63,983 nt of DNA, filler included, from Octopus bimaculoides (GCF_001194135.2; 8 parts of 6 records of this genome joined end to end with filler, not necessarily neighbours in it); one strand, 5' to 3'. Counted from the first letter of the whole stretch, positions 1 to 13,829 are shown. The notes: a model not told the origin generated them from the sequence alone. A program made the numbers and translations.

Positions 1-209
1 ATATATATATATATATATATATACATACACGCACTACCCCACCTCCCATATATATATTCAACTTACGATGAAAGTAAGCAAAGTTTGTTTTAGAAGCGTT
101 GAGATGAATTGAAAGATGCAGAAATAATTTATTCTCAAACGCATAATAATGCTAATATAATAGCATGAACAGGATAAACTATCCATACATTGCAGAAAAA
201 TTCGTTACC

Positions 210-282
210 GGTCAGCCATGAGACTCAAACTCACATCCCTGTGATTACTCGTCAAGTGCTTTACCTTTAAGCTAAACTGCCC
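210..282 (-). pseudogene. tRNA-like cloverleaf (Thr-AGT-like, degenerate) inside a 27-bp inverted repeat
   Basis: 73 nt: acceptor stem, D arm GCTT/AAGC, loop CGAGTAA, T arm GTGAG-TTTGAGT-CTCAT; the anticodon stem and U33 are damaged. Confidence 0.6.
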
Positions 283-497
283 AGTAACGAATCGCTCTGC
301 AATTTTAGGATTTATAAATCTAGCTTTGTAAGACGCTAACTTGACGCCTTGGAAATATCCCCCTCGACGGCCCTGTGTGTACATATGCATAGGGCGCAGA
401 TAGAGAAATTATTGTTGTACGCATGAATGTGTTTACATAAATTTATGAATGTGTTTGAATTTGTGTATGAGTTTGAAAGTTTAGTTTAATATATATA

Positions 498-806
498 GGC
501 GCAGGCGTGGCAGTGTGGTTAGAAGCTTGCTTCCCAACGAGACGCCCTGTGAGTGGATTTGTTAGACGGAAACTGAAAGAAGCCCGTCGTATATATATAT
601 ATTTGTGTCTGTGTTTGTCTCTCCACCATCACTTGACAACCAACCAATATTGATATCTTTACATCCCTGTAACTTAGCGGTTCAGCAAAGAGACCAACAG
701 AATAAGTACTAGGCTTACAAAGAATAAATCCTGGAGTTGATTTCTTCGACTAAAAATCCTTTAAGGCGGTGCTTCAGCATGGCCGCAGTCAAATGACTGA
801 AAAAAG
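498..806 (+). mobile_element. tRNA-derived bipartite SINE family A/B (head deleted internally)
   Basis: ggcgcaggcgtggc.gtgtggttagaagcttgcttccc..gtagacggaaactgaaagaagcccgtcg(TA)n..gtaacttagcggttc..aaggcggtgct..gtcaaatgactgaa. Confidence 0.85.
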
Positions 807-919
807 TATAAGAATATATATATAAATTAGTATATATATATAAATATATATATATATTATATATATATAATTTAATATATANNNNNNNNNNNNNNNNNNN
901 NNNNNNNNNNNNNNNNNNN

Positions 920-1230
920 ACGATCATGAGGTTTCCAGCTGATCTGATCAACAGAACAGCCTGCTCGTGAAATTAACGTGCAAGTGGCTGAGCACTCCAC
1001 AGAGACGTGTACCCTTAACGTAGTTCTCGGAGAGATTCAGCTGGCCCTTTGAAATACAGGTACAACAGAAACAGTGAAAGAAAGTTGTGGTGAAAGAGTA
1101 CAGCAGGGTTCGCCACCACCCCCTGCCAGAGCCTCGTGGAGCTTTAGGTGTTTTCGCTCAATAAACAGTCACAACGCCCGGTCTGGGAATCGAGTCCGCT
1201 GCCCTAACCTCTGGGCCATTGCGCCTCCAC
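920..1230 (-). mobile_element. tRNA-derived SINE family F
   Basis: Minus-strand head ggaggcgcaatggcccagaggttagggcagcggactcgattcccagaccgggcgttg; tail ..cacgttaatttcacgagcaggctgttctgttgatcag. Confidence 0.8.
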
Positions 1231-1237
1231 ACATGTG

Positions 1238-1279
<42 letters not shown>

Positions 1280-3167
1280 TATACACAGACGCACTCATGT
1301 GTGTGAGTGTGCGGTGCGTGTGTGTATGTTTGTGTGTGTGTGTATGTATACGCATACACACCCACTCACACATCTATATAAAGTTTTGTTTGTTTATGAC
1401 TTGAAATATTCAGGTTAATTTGTTAATTCAATACTAGACAGCTTTGCTCTGAAATATATCTGGGAGGAAGAGGAGGAGAGTTAGATAAATACATAGATAA
1501 GCAGCGAGAGAGAGAGAGAGGGGGAGAGGAAGCGAGAGAGAGAGACAGAGGGTGGGGGAACGTGAGTCACAGAGGTAGACAACGTTAGAGAAAATGGTTG
1601 TGTATGCGAGAGAGAGACAACATTTATATCCGTGTCAATTGTACCCTAACTTTGCAAACATCCGTCACAAATACATCAACTCCACATCCTATTTAACTGA
1701 GTTTGAAGAAACCTGTAAACTATTAACGTTTATGCTTTTCTCCTTGTCCTTTAACCCATTTTATTTCTTTTCAATCTAGATTTTTTTAGGCTACCCCTAA
1801 GAAGACGTCTCCTGAGCCTTTTGGTAGCATGTAGGAGCACATCCCGTTTCACAGTTGTTTTATAACTCGGTTTCCTGTTCAGTATTTTCAAAAAATAAAG
1901 AAATAAATCATTGCGATTAACCACCGAGGAACACCAGCTGCTTGAAAAGTAATAGCTAAGTTAGTACATTTTATATATGGAGCATCGAAAATATAAATGA
2001 GAATAATTATGCGTTGATGAAAACACAACGGTGGCATCAAGGGCTAAAATATTTTATTAAGTGTTTCAGCTAGAAGGGAAGATAACACCAGGTATACGGC
2101 AGTCTTAAATATTCCCATTGAAACATTGACTTCAGTATACTTGTAGTGAAGTAGTGGTGAGAAATTCGCTAATTTTATTTAAAATTAAAGTTTGTCCTGG
2201 GCCCAGCAGGTTGAAGCTCATTCTGGTTCTGGATTGGACACCATTTCATTGCATCGTTAACCTTAGCAGCAACAGCAGTAGTTGTAGCTTTCATTGGTAA
2301 TCCTTTTCAATTGCGTGAAATGAAGCAAGGTGAAAAGTTGTACCCTACCGAAGGATACAACGCACCACTCAGTCCGAGAATCGAACAGGCGAAACATGAT
2401 CGTGAGCCAGACACCGAAACAAACCACTACACCACACACCTTCAAGAGTTACTAAGTAGATACACAATATTGTAGGCGTGAAACATAAACATATTTAAAA
2501 ACATAAATCTTTAACGTTAAATAGATGTTGGTAGGGAGTAATTGTCCCGAGGACCCTGACAAAGGACATAAAAGCTATGCTTTCTCCTCTAAATAATCCA
2601 CACACACACACACACACACACACGCCACGCACCCCATCATATGTGCGCGCGCGCGTGCACGTGTGTGTGCGTGTGTATACGTGTGTGTGAGTGTGTGTGT
2701 TTAAGAGCCTCTTTACCAAGGATATACAGCGCAACAAAGATGTGGGCAATAAGTTTGTTTCCATATCAAATTACTTGGTGGATAGAGTTAGCTTTAATGA
2801 AAGTTAAATAAATACTTAGTATTAATTTATTTTCATAAGGGTGTGTGTTACCTCGTAGTATTTACTTTCGCCATTACCCGTTCCCAGTTCAAATACCGCC
2901 AGGTCTGACTTTGTCTTTTATCACAACGGTGTCGAAGCAAATAGAGAGAAAGAAAGAAAGGGGCGGTTAGAGAGAGAGAGAGAGAGAGAGAGTATGTGTG
3001 TGTGTGTGTGTTTGTGGTGGGGCGATTGTGCTGAGAGGCAGCAGAATAGATCAATCAGTTTAACATATGTGGTTGATTAAACCTGGGACAAAAAAGTTCC
3101 AGTCGGGATCAATCGACTTTTATTTTCCAGACGTAACGCATCACAGACTACATTATCTGATGTACCA

Positions 3168-3385
3168 AGGAGGCGAGCTGGCAGAAACGTTGAGCACGCC
3201 GGGCGAAATGCTTAGCGGCATTTCCGCCACCGCTACGTTATGAGTTCAAATTTCGCCTGGGTCGACTTTGCCTTTCATCCTTTCGGGGTCCATAAATTAA
3301 GTACAAGCGTACTGGGGTCGACTAATCGACTGGCCCCCTCCTGTCAAATTTCAGACTTTGTGCCTATAGTTGAAAGGATTATCTA
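3168..3385 (+). mobile_element. tRNA-derived SINE family C
   Basis: ggcgagctggcagaaac..gagttcaaattt..gtcgactttgcctttcatcctttcggggtc..gtgcctatag..aaaggattat. Confidence 0.85.
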
Positions 3386-3768
3386 ATGTACGTTTCTGAA
3401 GTTGCCAGATGTCATTTGAGGAAGATCTGGTAGTTATTTCTACCAGATCGAATAACCATACAAAAGTCCCTTGGTGTTGTTGTTGATAATGATGATGCTG
3501 TTCTTGTAGTGCAGCCCATATATCAACTTTGATCGAATAGATTTATGATAAAGGGCGTTCCAGCCGTGACAACTCGTTTTTCTTCTTTGCTTCATACCGA
3601 TTTAGTTTTGGACGATGTTACGCAACTTGTCTTCCCATTTTTTAAAACTGTAGAGTATGCTGGAAGAAGTATTTGATTTTTGTCGTTGTTTAGTCTCAGT
3701 GCAACTCCAAATGAGCAAATCTACGCATAAAGGCGGTCTAATTTGAACCATCTCATCGCTCTCGTATG

Positions 3769-3841
<73 letters not shown>

Positions 3842-5129
3842 CGTACAAACATACATGCATACACATACGCGCGCGAGCACACACGTGTAGTTAAGTGAAC
3901 GCTAATACATTTAATGTGGTTAATAAAAAAGAATTAATGAGTTGAAATGAAACCGGTCATGAGGCACAAAATCATTAGCGTTAATGATAATTCTTGTCAA
4001 GAGGGCAAGGGGAGAGAACTCGAAAACTCCCAAATGTAACTTTGTTAGAAAATTAAAGGGAGATATGTAGTGGGGAATTAGATTTTAAACAAATATTCAG
4101 TAACTACTCTGGAGCCATATTTCGGTCTTAGTATGTCTTCTCAGCCAAGTATAATCTAGCATGTATTCACCTGATCTTAGAAGAAAAATCCTTCATTGAT
4201 TAGACAATTCTAAATATTGATAGCTTATGTTGAAGACATTGTCTTACTAATGTGGTATGTTACCTGCTATCATTAGATAATCATCTTTGTCAGTTAAATT
4301 ATGGCACAGAACTAACATTATCTCCAGAGAATGACAGATATGTCTATAGAATTGGTCTTGCATGGTTGCTCAATTTGCTATAAATAACAGCCGAATACAT
4401 CGCCTTCAAATCGAGTTCTATAATCTTGAATAGGGAGAGCACACATTACATTACATAATCCAAGAATTACCCTAAAAATGACGGGCTTGTCATGGACAAA
4501 ATGCCATTGACTATGGGATTACTCGATTATGGTCGACCGAGGGTTAAACAACGACACAAGTACCCGTCTGCTTATTTGAAAGAGTAGGTTGGTGGTGTCT
4601 GAATAACAGAGTGGCAGAGGAAAAATGGCGATTGGTCGGTATGTGGTTGTCATGTGTTTTCCTTTTCTTGTTTTTGTTTTTTCTTTTTGCCTTTCGACGA
4701 ATACTAATTACTAGTGTTTTCAGACTAATTACACTGCAATTAAACTGGCTATCTCGTATGTGTGTGTGTGTGTGAGAGAGAGGGAGAGAAAGAGAGGAGG
4801 AAGAGGAAAGAGAGAACGTAAGAAAGAATATAAGGGAGTGAGAGAAATGTGAGGGAGGTAAAGAAAGGATGAGGGAGATGTGAGATGGATTGCGTGAGTT
4901 TTACGCAGTCAAAACTGCGCATGTTCAATGAGTTAGATTGTTTAATGAATGTAAATGCACTACCAGTGGGTTTGGTTTTTATATTATGCGAACAGAGTGT
5001 AATACAATTCGTGAGGTATGAGAAAAGGAGCTAGGATGTTTAACTAAATTAACAGGACATAGATTTTAGTTGTGTTCAGAGCTGAGTAATTAAAAATAAT
5101 TAAAAACATGACAAGTGTGAGAATAGATA

Positions 5130-5345
5130 CTCATATATGCGCACAACTGCCGAACGGTTACGAAGTTCACTTCGCAACAACGAAGTACCGGGTTCGATTC
5201 CATTGCTTGGCATCTTGGGCAAATGTCATTTTCTATTGTGCTGGGTCGTGTCATACTTTGTGAGTAAAATTGGGTAGACAAGACACTGTATAGAAATCCT
5301 GCCCGTGATTCAAAAAAGTACAGCCTTGTCACACATTGCGTGATG
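5130..5345 (-). mobile_element. SINE family A head
   Basis: cttgggcaaatgtcattttctat..gggttcgattcc.. Confidence 0.6.
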
Positions 5346-6474
5346 TTCATTCTAACCGAAAAGTATGTTTATTGTATTCGTGTTTGAGGAATGCTCTACC
5401 ACTTACACATTAATTGAGGGAGGAGCAGGTTATTCAGTTGACTGAACAACCAAATTCTCAATGTCGAGCGACAGAGATCCGCCAAGGGAGTTACCGCCAA
5501 ATTTAGTAAGACCTGCATTTTCTTACTAAGTGACTGTAGCGATTTACTGTAGAGCTACAGTAGCGATTGGCTGTCATTGTTACTGTTGTTGTTGTTGTTT
5601 AGCATTAGGTCAGTCTTGATTGAACAAATCTATGATTTTTGAGAGAGATTTAGCTGTAATTTTCAGCTGCTCGACGGATTTCGACTAGGCCCCTTCATTG
5701 AATCATATTGACACTGATTACTGTTTAGAATGCTTTCTCTTTCTACAGAAATTGGTTGATACTTACAGAGGCAGCGGTGACTTATGTATCGAGAATGCAG
5801 CCTTGTTACAATGAATGGTGTATATGGTATTGTGGCTCAGGGTTATATTTATTTAATTTCATAATTTATTTTAGTTATGAATATATCAATATTGTCTATA
5901 TTTTTGACAATATGGAATGTGGAAATTATATTTAAGGTTTGGATTGTGGAAGTTAAATTTATGGTTTAGGAAGGTTATATTTTGTGACTTGTACATGCAG
6001 GTTCTGTAAGTTATATTAGTGTCCCGTACATGTAGCTTGTGTAAATAGTATTTGAGTCTTATACAAGTGGATTTTGCAATTTATATTTGTTTGTTTGTAC
6101 ATGTGGCTTATCAAAATGATATTTGGGGGTTGTATATGTGGCTTGTAGAATCTATATTTAAGATTCGTAAGAATGTGCGAATGTGAGTTGTATGTGTAAA
6201 TGAACTTATTTGATAATAATATTTCTTGTATGTATGTATGTATGTATGTATGTATGTATGTATGTATACATGCATGCAAGTATGAATAATATGAATATTG
6301 CTCCTACTTCTTATAAACCAGACAGCAATTTACACCTCTTCTTATTTTAACATACGCTCTATGAGAATATGACCTGCTCAAATTTATATTTGTTGATATA
6401 CTTTCAAGTATTCTTTGAAACAAACACATACATGCATAGAGCCGCGTGCACATGTATGCAAACAACACATACAG

Positions 6475-6477
<3 letters not shown>

Positions 6478-6568
<91 letters not shown>
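6478..6568. repeat. (GT)n microsatellite
   Basis: Seen directly; one of many CA/GT/AT tracts not listed individually. Confidence 0.95.
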
Positions 6569-6570
<2 letters not shown>

Positions 6571-6989
6571 TCATGTATTTACGGGTATGTATAAACTATT
6601 AAGTTAATCATGGCCTGGTCTGCTATCAGCCAAAACTTATCTAAAGTATTTGAAGTATACACACGTTATATTTTTTTCCATAAAGAAATTCGCAAAATTG
6701 TTGATATATTTTCATAAATATTCATCTTTGTTGAAAGCAAATCATTTTTTTGTATTTAGATAAAACAAAAATAGTATTTACTTCACTCATTAAGAACAAA
6801 GAAATAAAAAAGAATCAGTGCTTCTGGCATAGTTATCTTGTATTTCTTAATCTTGTAATTCTTTGTGTCTGCAAGCTTCACAAAAAATGCGAGCTCTAAT
6901 TTCTACCATTCTTCTGGAATAGACGTAAATTAAGATCTTCGCTATTAAAAGTTGCTGAACTCAACTTGGCCTTGAAGATCTGCTATAAA

Positions 6990-7169
6990 CTGATTTCAAA
7001 TTCTAGCACAACGCTAGCAATTTCGGGGGAAGGGATAAGTCGATTACCTCGCCCCTAGTCTTCAACTGGTACTTATTTTGTTGACCCCAAAAGGACGAAA
7101 GGCGGAATTTGAACTCAGAGCGTTTAGACGGACGAAATGCCGCTAACGATTCTGCCAGCTCGTCACATT
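6990..7169 (-). mobile_element. SINE family C with a 15-bp TSD
   Basis: AAGATCTGCTATAAA at 6975-6989 and 7170-7184. Confidence 0.85.
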
Positions 7170-9704
7170 AAGATCTGCTATAAATTGCCAACACACTACA
7201 GATCAGATGTTCACCTAAAATAGGATCGTAAGATTTTAGAGTCACGTTTTCATTTATTATTTCGTGTTCACAACGTGGTCGATAAAGTAAAGTGTTAGTC
7301 AACTAGTTAGATAGTATGACGGGGGTGCGGTGGGGGCTATGATGCCATATTACTCCCTCTTCTTAAAATTGCCGGCCATGCGTCTAAAACAGAAATCAGA
7401 AACCCCTTATTCTGTGTTTTTAACAAATATTTACAATTTCTTTTTTCTTTTTAACTTTCTTTTTTTTTGCCTAAACTTATTCCATCTTTGTTTTATTTCT
7501 AAAATCATTCAAACAACAACAGAAATCGAATATTGGACAGACTAGTATGAGACTTATGGTTTGGATACATACAGTTCCACATACAGGTTCCACATACAGT
7601 TCCACTGAAAGGCAATTCCACATTCTATTCCGATTTTACTTTGATGCCTTTGGTTAGGCCAAATCGAAAGATATTTCTACTCCCTCGGTGTGGAGTTATT
7701 CAATCGAATAATCAGATGGATTAACATACATTGCCAGGTTCGGTCGAGTAAACCTGTTGGATAGGGGGGGGAACAATTGTCTTTCTTGTAATACGTACAA
7801 TCACACACACTTTCCAGACAATGATTGGAAAAAAGGCTCTTGTCAATTGTAGACAATCTTTGTCTGTGATGCTCTGTGATGATCTGAGACAAATTAAAAC
7901 CTTGACTCAACTGACTTTCTGGAAGAGGTTCAGCCCGTTTTTGTATAATCCAAAAGGTTATTTTGTTAGAAATTGGACACAAAGCTTATAATAAATCATG
8001 AATTCGTTTGGCAAAACATTAATGTTGTGGATGGACACATTTCTTGTGTTTGTTGGAAAATAAATCGATAAAAAAATATTGTCTGCTATTTCGCTTGGGG
8101 CCTGTCCAGTCAAACTTTTCTACTGAACTTAGTTTATCCTGACGGATTACATTATTTTAATACCATTTGGCTATTCTATAAAGCTGTTGATCACTTCCCA
8201 AGTAGTGACCGCTACCAGAAGCAGAGTGGTCAGTGTTGACATATGCATATCTATTTAACATATATATATATATATATATATTTAATAGATATATCTATTT
8301 AATATATATACACACATATGCATACATATGTATGTATGCATGTGTTAGGAAACTGTCACTTAATGAAGAAAACGGCAACCTAGCCCTTCGATAGAAAGAG
8401 GTCAATAGAATAAGTGGCGCACTGGAATGTATATTAGGGTCAATGTGGTGAACTAAAATTCCTGATGTAAAGGGAGAAACATACATTCAACATATACACA
8501 CAACACACATATACCCAAAGTTACACATGCACACGCACGCACGCACGCACGCACACACGCTCACACACACACAACCGCACGCGCAAACAGAGGCTAATTC
8601 ACAGATTCATAACTTGTATCTTGTAAGAAAGTAATCGGTAGAGTTTCATTTTTTTCTAAGTTGATTACGTAACTTTAACTTCGTTGGTATTAACAAAGGA
8701 CTCTAGGATGTAAAATGCCTACTTTTTAATCACAGGTGAAACTGTGATAATAAAAAATTATAATAACAAAAAATGATAGTAATGATAATAATACAGTAGT
8801 CGGTGCTGCAGCTTGGTCTTTACCGCATGGGCTAACAAACTAATGAGCCAACGCATGAGTACATATTTTCAACCGTACATGCACACATTCAAATGTACAT
8901 GTTAGTTTGTATATGTAGTTTCGCGTGTTGAGTATGAGGGTGGAGAATGAATGGCGGTAGTGGATAGATTAATGTAGATTTCTATAGATATTTGTTGAAG
9001 CCATATGAAGATGGGCGTGTCAGCGAATATGTGAATTAAAAAGAGCAATGCTTGGATAGCAGGAAATCGGTTTATAATTTCAAATCGATTTATAATGGTG
9101 GGAAAAAAAGTTTCGATTTACAAACAGACCACACCCTAGCTTTTTCACTCATGTGCAACTAGTATGTGTGAGCATGTGACTATATATGTCCTGTGTGTGA
9201 CTATATATGTTTTTTGTCTTATGTTTACTTATTTTTTGCTAGTAAATAATACGGTATTGTAGTCCATGACATTTGTAGTTGGTTGTGACATCCAAATCAA
9301 GTAACACATCAATAACTCAGCTGTACCCGAAGTGCATTCAATACTTTTTCATTCAGTCACTAAAAAAACTACTATTAAAACAGACAAAAGAAAAGTGATT
9401 GTCAACGATTTTATTTTACTGAACACCAGGCTTTTCCTTTTATCTGTCTGTCTATTTATTTACTTATTTTTGCGTGTGAAAGTCTTTCCAATGGTTCTGA
9501 AACAATATGTGACAAGGAAAACGCCTGGATAAGCTGCGAATTTTCAGTGCCGTTTCATGTTTGTAGATACATTATAGAAATGTTAGACGCTTCGTTATTA
9601 TAATTTAAATCTTTACGAAATCTGTATTAATGTGTGGAAATCTCGAAAAACTTGTTATTCATAATTTTGTTATACACAAATATGATTACATATGGTTTTT
9701 TAAA

Positions 9705-9907
9705 TTCAGGCACAAGGCCAGCAATATTTAAGGGTGGAGCGGTTAATCGATATAAGTGATCTCAGGACTTGAGTGATATTTTATTTTATTACTCAGAAAG
9801 GATTAAAGTTGACCTCGACAGTATCTGAACTCGGAACGTAAAAGAGACCAAAGAAATGCGGCAAAGCGTTTCTTCTGCTGTTCTAACGATTCCGCCAGCT
9901 TGCTGCT
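9705..9907 (-). mobile_element. SINE family C
   Basis: Reverse-complement match to the 3168 copy. Confidence 0.75.
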
Positions 9908-10259
9908 CTGCGCATAGTATGTTTCATAGAAATAACCTACACAATAATTTTGTATATTCACACCTTTTGTAAATTTTAAAACAGATTTTTAATGGTAAAT
10001 TTTACAAAAATATACAAAACAGTTGCTTACGTTGTTTTTATTAATCATATTTGTGTAAATGGCGAGTTACATACAATCCGTGAGCTTGCTGCACAAGTGG
10101 AATGCATTAGAGAGGTTGGTGGAAGACTTTGAGCATCGGATAGTGTGTGCAAAGCAGTTACATCGGCAGTTGACACTCGATTTGAGGGAGAGAAGGGTCG
10201 GAGTCTGCTGAGCGACCGCAAGTGTTTGAAGTCAATGAAGACGTTTCCCTCCCACACTA

Positions 10260-10297
<38 letters not shown>

Positions 10298-10513
10298 TCT
10301 CTCCCTCTCGTTCTCCTATCTCTCTCTCCCTTTCTCTCTATATATATAGGGAGAATTCACAAAAAACAAAAAACAAAAGACGAAGACAGGTGGTGTAGAC
10401 AACAAACAGATGTATTAGTATTATATATATATATTTATATATATGATATGTATGTATATGTCCTTCCATATATATATACATAGCTACATGTATATAAATG
10501 AATCTATGTATCT

Positions 10514-10567
<54 letters not shown>

Positions 10568-11224
10568 ATTCAGTTTCTTCAGTTATTCATCTGAGTGTCT
10601 CTCAAGAGTGAATGAGGCACACGAGGGTTTGGCGCTTCTCCCCTGACCATCAATTATGAGTTGCTCTTATGATGACCTTAAGTAATAATATTCTGAATGG
10701 TTTATTGTTTGAATATCCTTTATTCTCAAAATGAGTGTGGAGTTAATTCATTCATTATATTTAAAATAAAGAGGCAAGTGCGAAGTTTTCTTCTTTTTTT
10801 CTTTCAAATTGTTACAGGCAAAAAAATAACTAGAAGTAATACATTTTTCTCCTATGTGTTAATTTTTTTTCGTATCTATAAACTGTCTGTTTCAGCATTA
10901 CGTGCAACTTCAGTGCAGAACGCTAGAAGATTATATTACATTATATTTCTGGAGTTTAAGAAACTTCTCCCTTGCTGAACTGCAAAAAATATATCACAAT
11001 ATAAAGTAATCCTCTGACACTTTGCACCGAAGCTGCACATAATACTGAAACGGTTCTACAGCAGGTGCATTTGTAAATTTACCTGGCTGTTTTAATTTGA
11101 AAAAAAATGCTTCGTAATGCTTCTTTTTGTTACATAAATTGAATGAAATAATCTCGTATTCATTTCTCCCTTTCTATTCTTGTGTGTGTGTGTGTGTGTT
11201 ATACGTATGTGCATAAACTTTTAT

Positions 11225-11425
11225 TCTTTTGTATGTTTCAGTCACTAGACTACAACAGTACTGTGGCGCTACCTTGAAGGATTTCATCAACAAAATCCAC
11301 TCGTTACCTATTTTAAGTCCGGTACTTATTCAATCAGTATTTCTTTTTATTGAAGTATCGAGTTACACGATCGTAAATAAACCAACACCAATCGTAAAAA
11401 GGTGAGACAAACACACGCATAATCT
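11225..11425 (-). mobile_element. SINE family B part (old)
   Basis: ctttt..tttcagtca..gcgctaccttgaagg..gtacttatt..gagttacacg..aacacc. Confidence 0.55.
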
Positions 11426-11497
11426 TATATGTATAAACACACATGCACATATCTACGTACATACATGCATACATACATACGTACATATATACATACA

Positions 11498-11565
<68 letters not shown>

Positions 11566-11805
11566 CCAAGGGTCACCTAGTTAATAAAATAACGTTTAAA
11601 GCTTACAGATGTCTACATATGTATAGACATACGTATGCATTTTATAAATAGGAATTACCGGAATGTGTATAGGCACAAGTTCGAAATTAAGGAAGAGGTA
11701 TATTCNNNNNNNNNNNNNNNNNNNNNNNNNNNNNNNNNNNNNNNNNNNNTTAATTAATTAANNNNNNNNNNNNNNNNNNNNNNNNNNNNNNNNNNNNNNN
11801 NNNNN

Positions 11806-11846
<41 letters not shown>

Positions 11847-13362
11847 TATTCACATATATTCGCATTTACATTTCTGTCTTTGGATGTAATTTCTTAATTA
11901 AGAATTTACTTCGTAATATTCTTAGCTAATCTTTGAAACCGATGCTGTATTATTATGCATAAATAGGAACGTGTTTCAAGGTAACTTTGATGTTTCTTTA
12001 AATGAGAGTGTGAGATTTTTCGGATGTAAACTAATGCTAATTGTTTCCTTTTCTGTGGGAAAGAAAAAAAAATGAAATTTATTCTGTTTGTAAAAGAGAT
12101 AGAAAAAATCATTTGTCCATATTTATTAAAATCTCAGCATGGACGCTAATCATCCATTATGCTTACTTCAACACACATTGGGATTGTATATTTCTTTTAT
12201 CTTTCCCAATAAGGTTAACAGTGTCTTAACATCGTCGCTTTTTCTTTTTGTCTTTCCATATAATTACGTCTAGCCTGATATATCCATAGAGTGTGTATAG
12301 CAGTTTTTTACAAATATTATTACGTTATTGGGAACTATAATCACCGAAATACGATAGTTTCTAATATTTTGAATCTTGTATCTTTGCTTTCTATGGGTTG
12401 CTTTCATAAACGTTTGCATCTGCATCAGAGTGAGATTACGTTTTGAAGATATTTCGGACATTTGCCTGTGTTCTCTGTGAGCTTAATGCCGTATCGATTT
12501 ATGGTAAAACCTAAGGACTCTACTCATATTTTAGCATCGTTCCAAAGTGCGTAATTTCTGCTGATGATCATAGGAACACTATGCAAATGTTCCAATGGAT
12601 TTATTTTTTACTTTAAATATGTGCTATTGTACGGCTGTGTATACTTAATTATTTTGAGGTATTAATTCCAGGTATTTTTCTTTCTAGTTCTATTGGCGAT
12701 ACTTTTTCTCATGTATGAAACTCACCACCACTCAGAGGTTGTTATAATCAAGTTTGCTTTACTTAGTACACACTATTGGCCTTCTTGATTTTGTTTTAGG
12801 TTGAGAGGTTATATATATATATATCGATAATAAAGTATTACTATCTTGTGATTAATAACAATTTTCGGATTTTTATATGAAAAATCCAGAGAGACGCCAA
12901 ATTATTAGCATGATCATCTATACAGTAAGCACATTGTGGACGTTTAATCAACTTCTGCATAGATCTAACGACCACATTCTGTCAAAGAGCGTTTGTGTTC
13001 CCTTCTTATTTCGTTGCTTGTAATTACCACCATAAGACACGTTTTTTTATACTTTCCTTTAGGGCTTATTGCATTGCACATGACATTTTGGACAAATAAT
13101 AAAGCTTTTCATGCACGTGCTGTTTGACAGACATCTGGATTGATATAAATTTAGAATCAAAATGCAACATTCATCCAGTGGGGAACTCTATCCCGGGTTT
13201 CTTTCGAAGTATTTTATATACCAGTGGCTCTTATCGTGCTGTTCTAATTTATTTTTTCATGCAAATTCCAACTTGCAGCCAAGATTTTTTTGGAATGTAC
13301 GCTTCCTGTAAGGGAGGTACGTTTGCATGCGCACGCACATGTGCATGGTGTGTGTGTGTGTA

Positions 13363-13407
<45 letters not shown>

Positions 13408-13567
13408 TTATATACACACGCATATATACTGTAAATTAATATGTATAATCGTTTCATATTGTACGCTATTCTTAATCCATCTGGTAATGCAGTTCTATAT
13501 TTGAGAGATGAGGAATTAGGTACATTATTTACATATGACGGATATTTGTCATCAACTTGTTTGTTGT

Positions 13568-13615
13568 TAACACAATGTTGCGGCTGATATACTCTCCAGG
13601 TTTCTTGAGGTCTCC
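13568..13615 (-). ncRNA. Minimal hammerhead motif, second (inverted) decayed copy
   Basis: Minus strand reads GAGAC-CTCAAGA-A-ACCTG-gagagtatat-CAGCC-GCAACATT-GTGTT. It has several core mutations, at different positions from the other copy. Confidence 0.5.
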
Positions 13616-13730
13616 TGGGAAATTTTGAACCCGGGATCTCATTCCATATGCCCGTGGGCATATGCCGTAGTTGTTAAGAGCGATGGCCACTAACACCAAA
13701 ATTCCAAGTTCAATTCCAGGCAGTGACCTG

Positions 13731-13752
13731 AATAATAATAATAGTAATAAAG

Positions 13753-13829
<77 letters not shown>

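Noticed and set aside
210-282. Functional tRNA-Thr gene
   Set aside because: The anticodon stem has two mismatches, U33 is G and the T-loop is TTTGA; it is kept only as a tRNA-like pseudogene.
2598-2700. (CA)n..GCGCGCGCGC..(TG)n potential Z-DNA or hairpin
   Set aside because: This is an expected by-product of very dense dinucleotide repeats and recurs throughout the window.
7677-7982. 101-aa minus-strand ORF and an overlapping open plus frame
   Set aside because: No family motif was recognised, and this length is within chance.
11750-11761. TTAATTAATTAA islands inside N-runs (also near 22037, 34521, 42680, 59125, 60844 and 62137)
   Set aside because: Identical 44N+12+44N = 100-bp blocks with stops in all six frames; this is an assembly linker, not biology.
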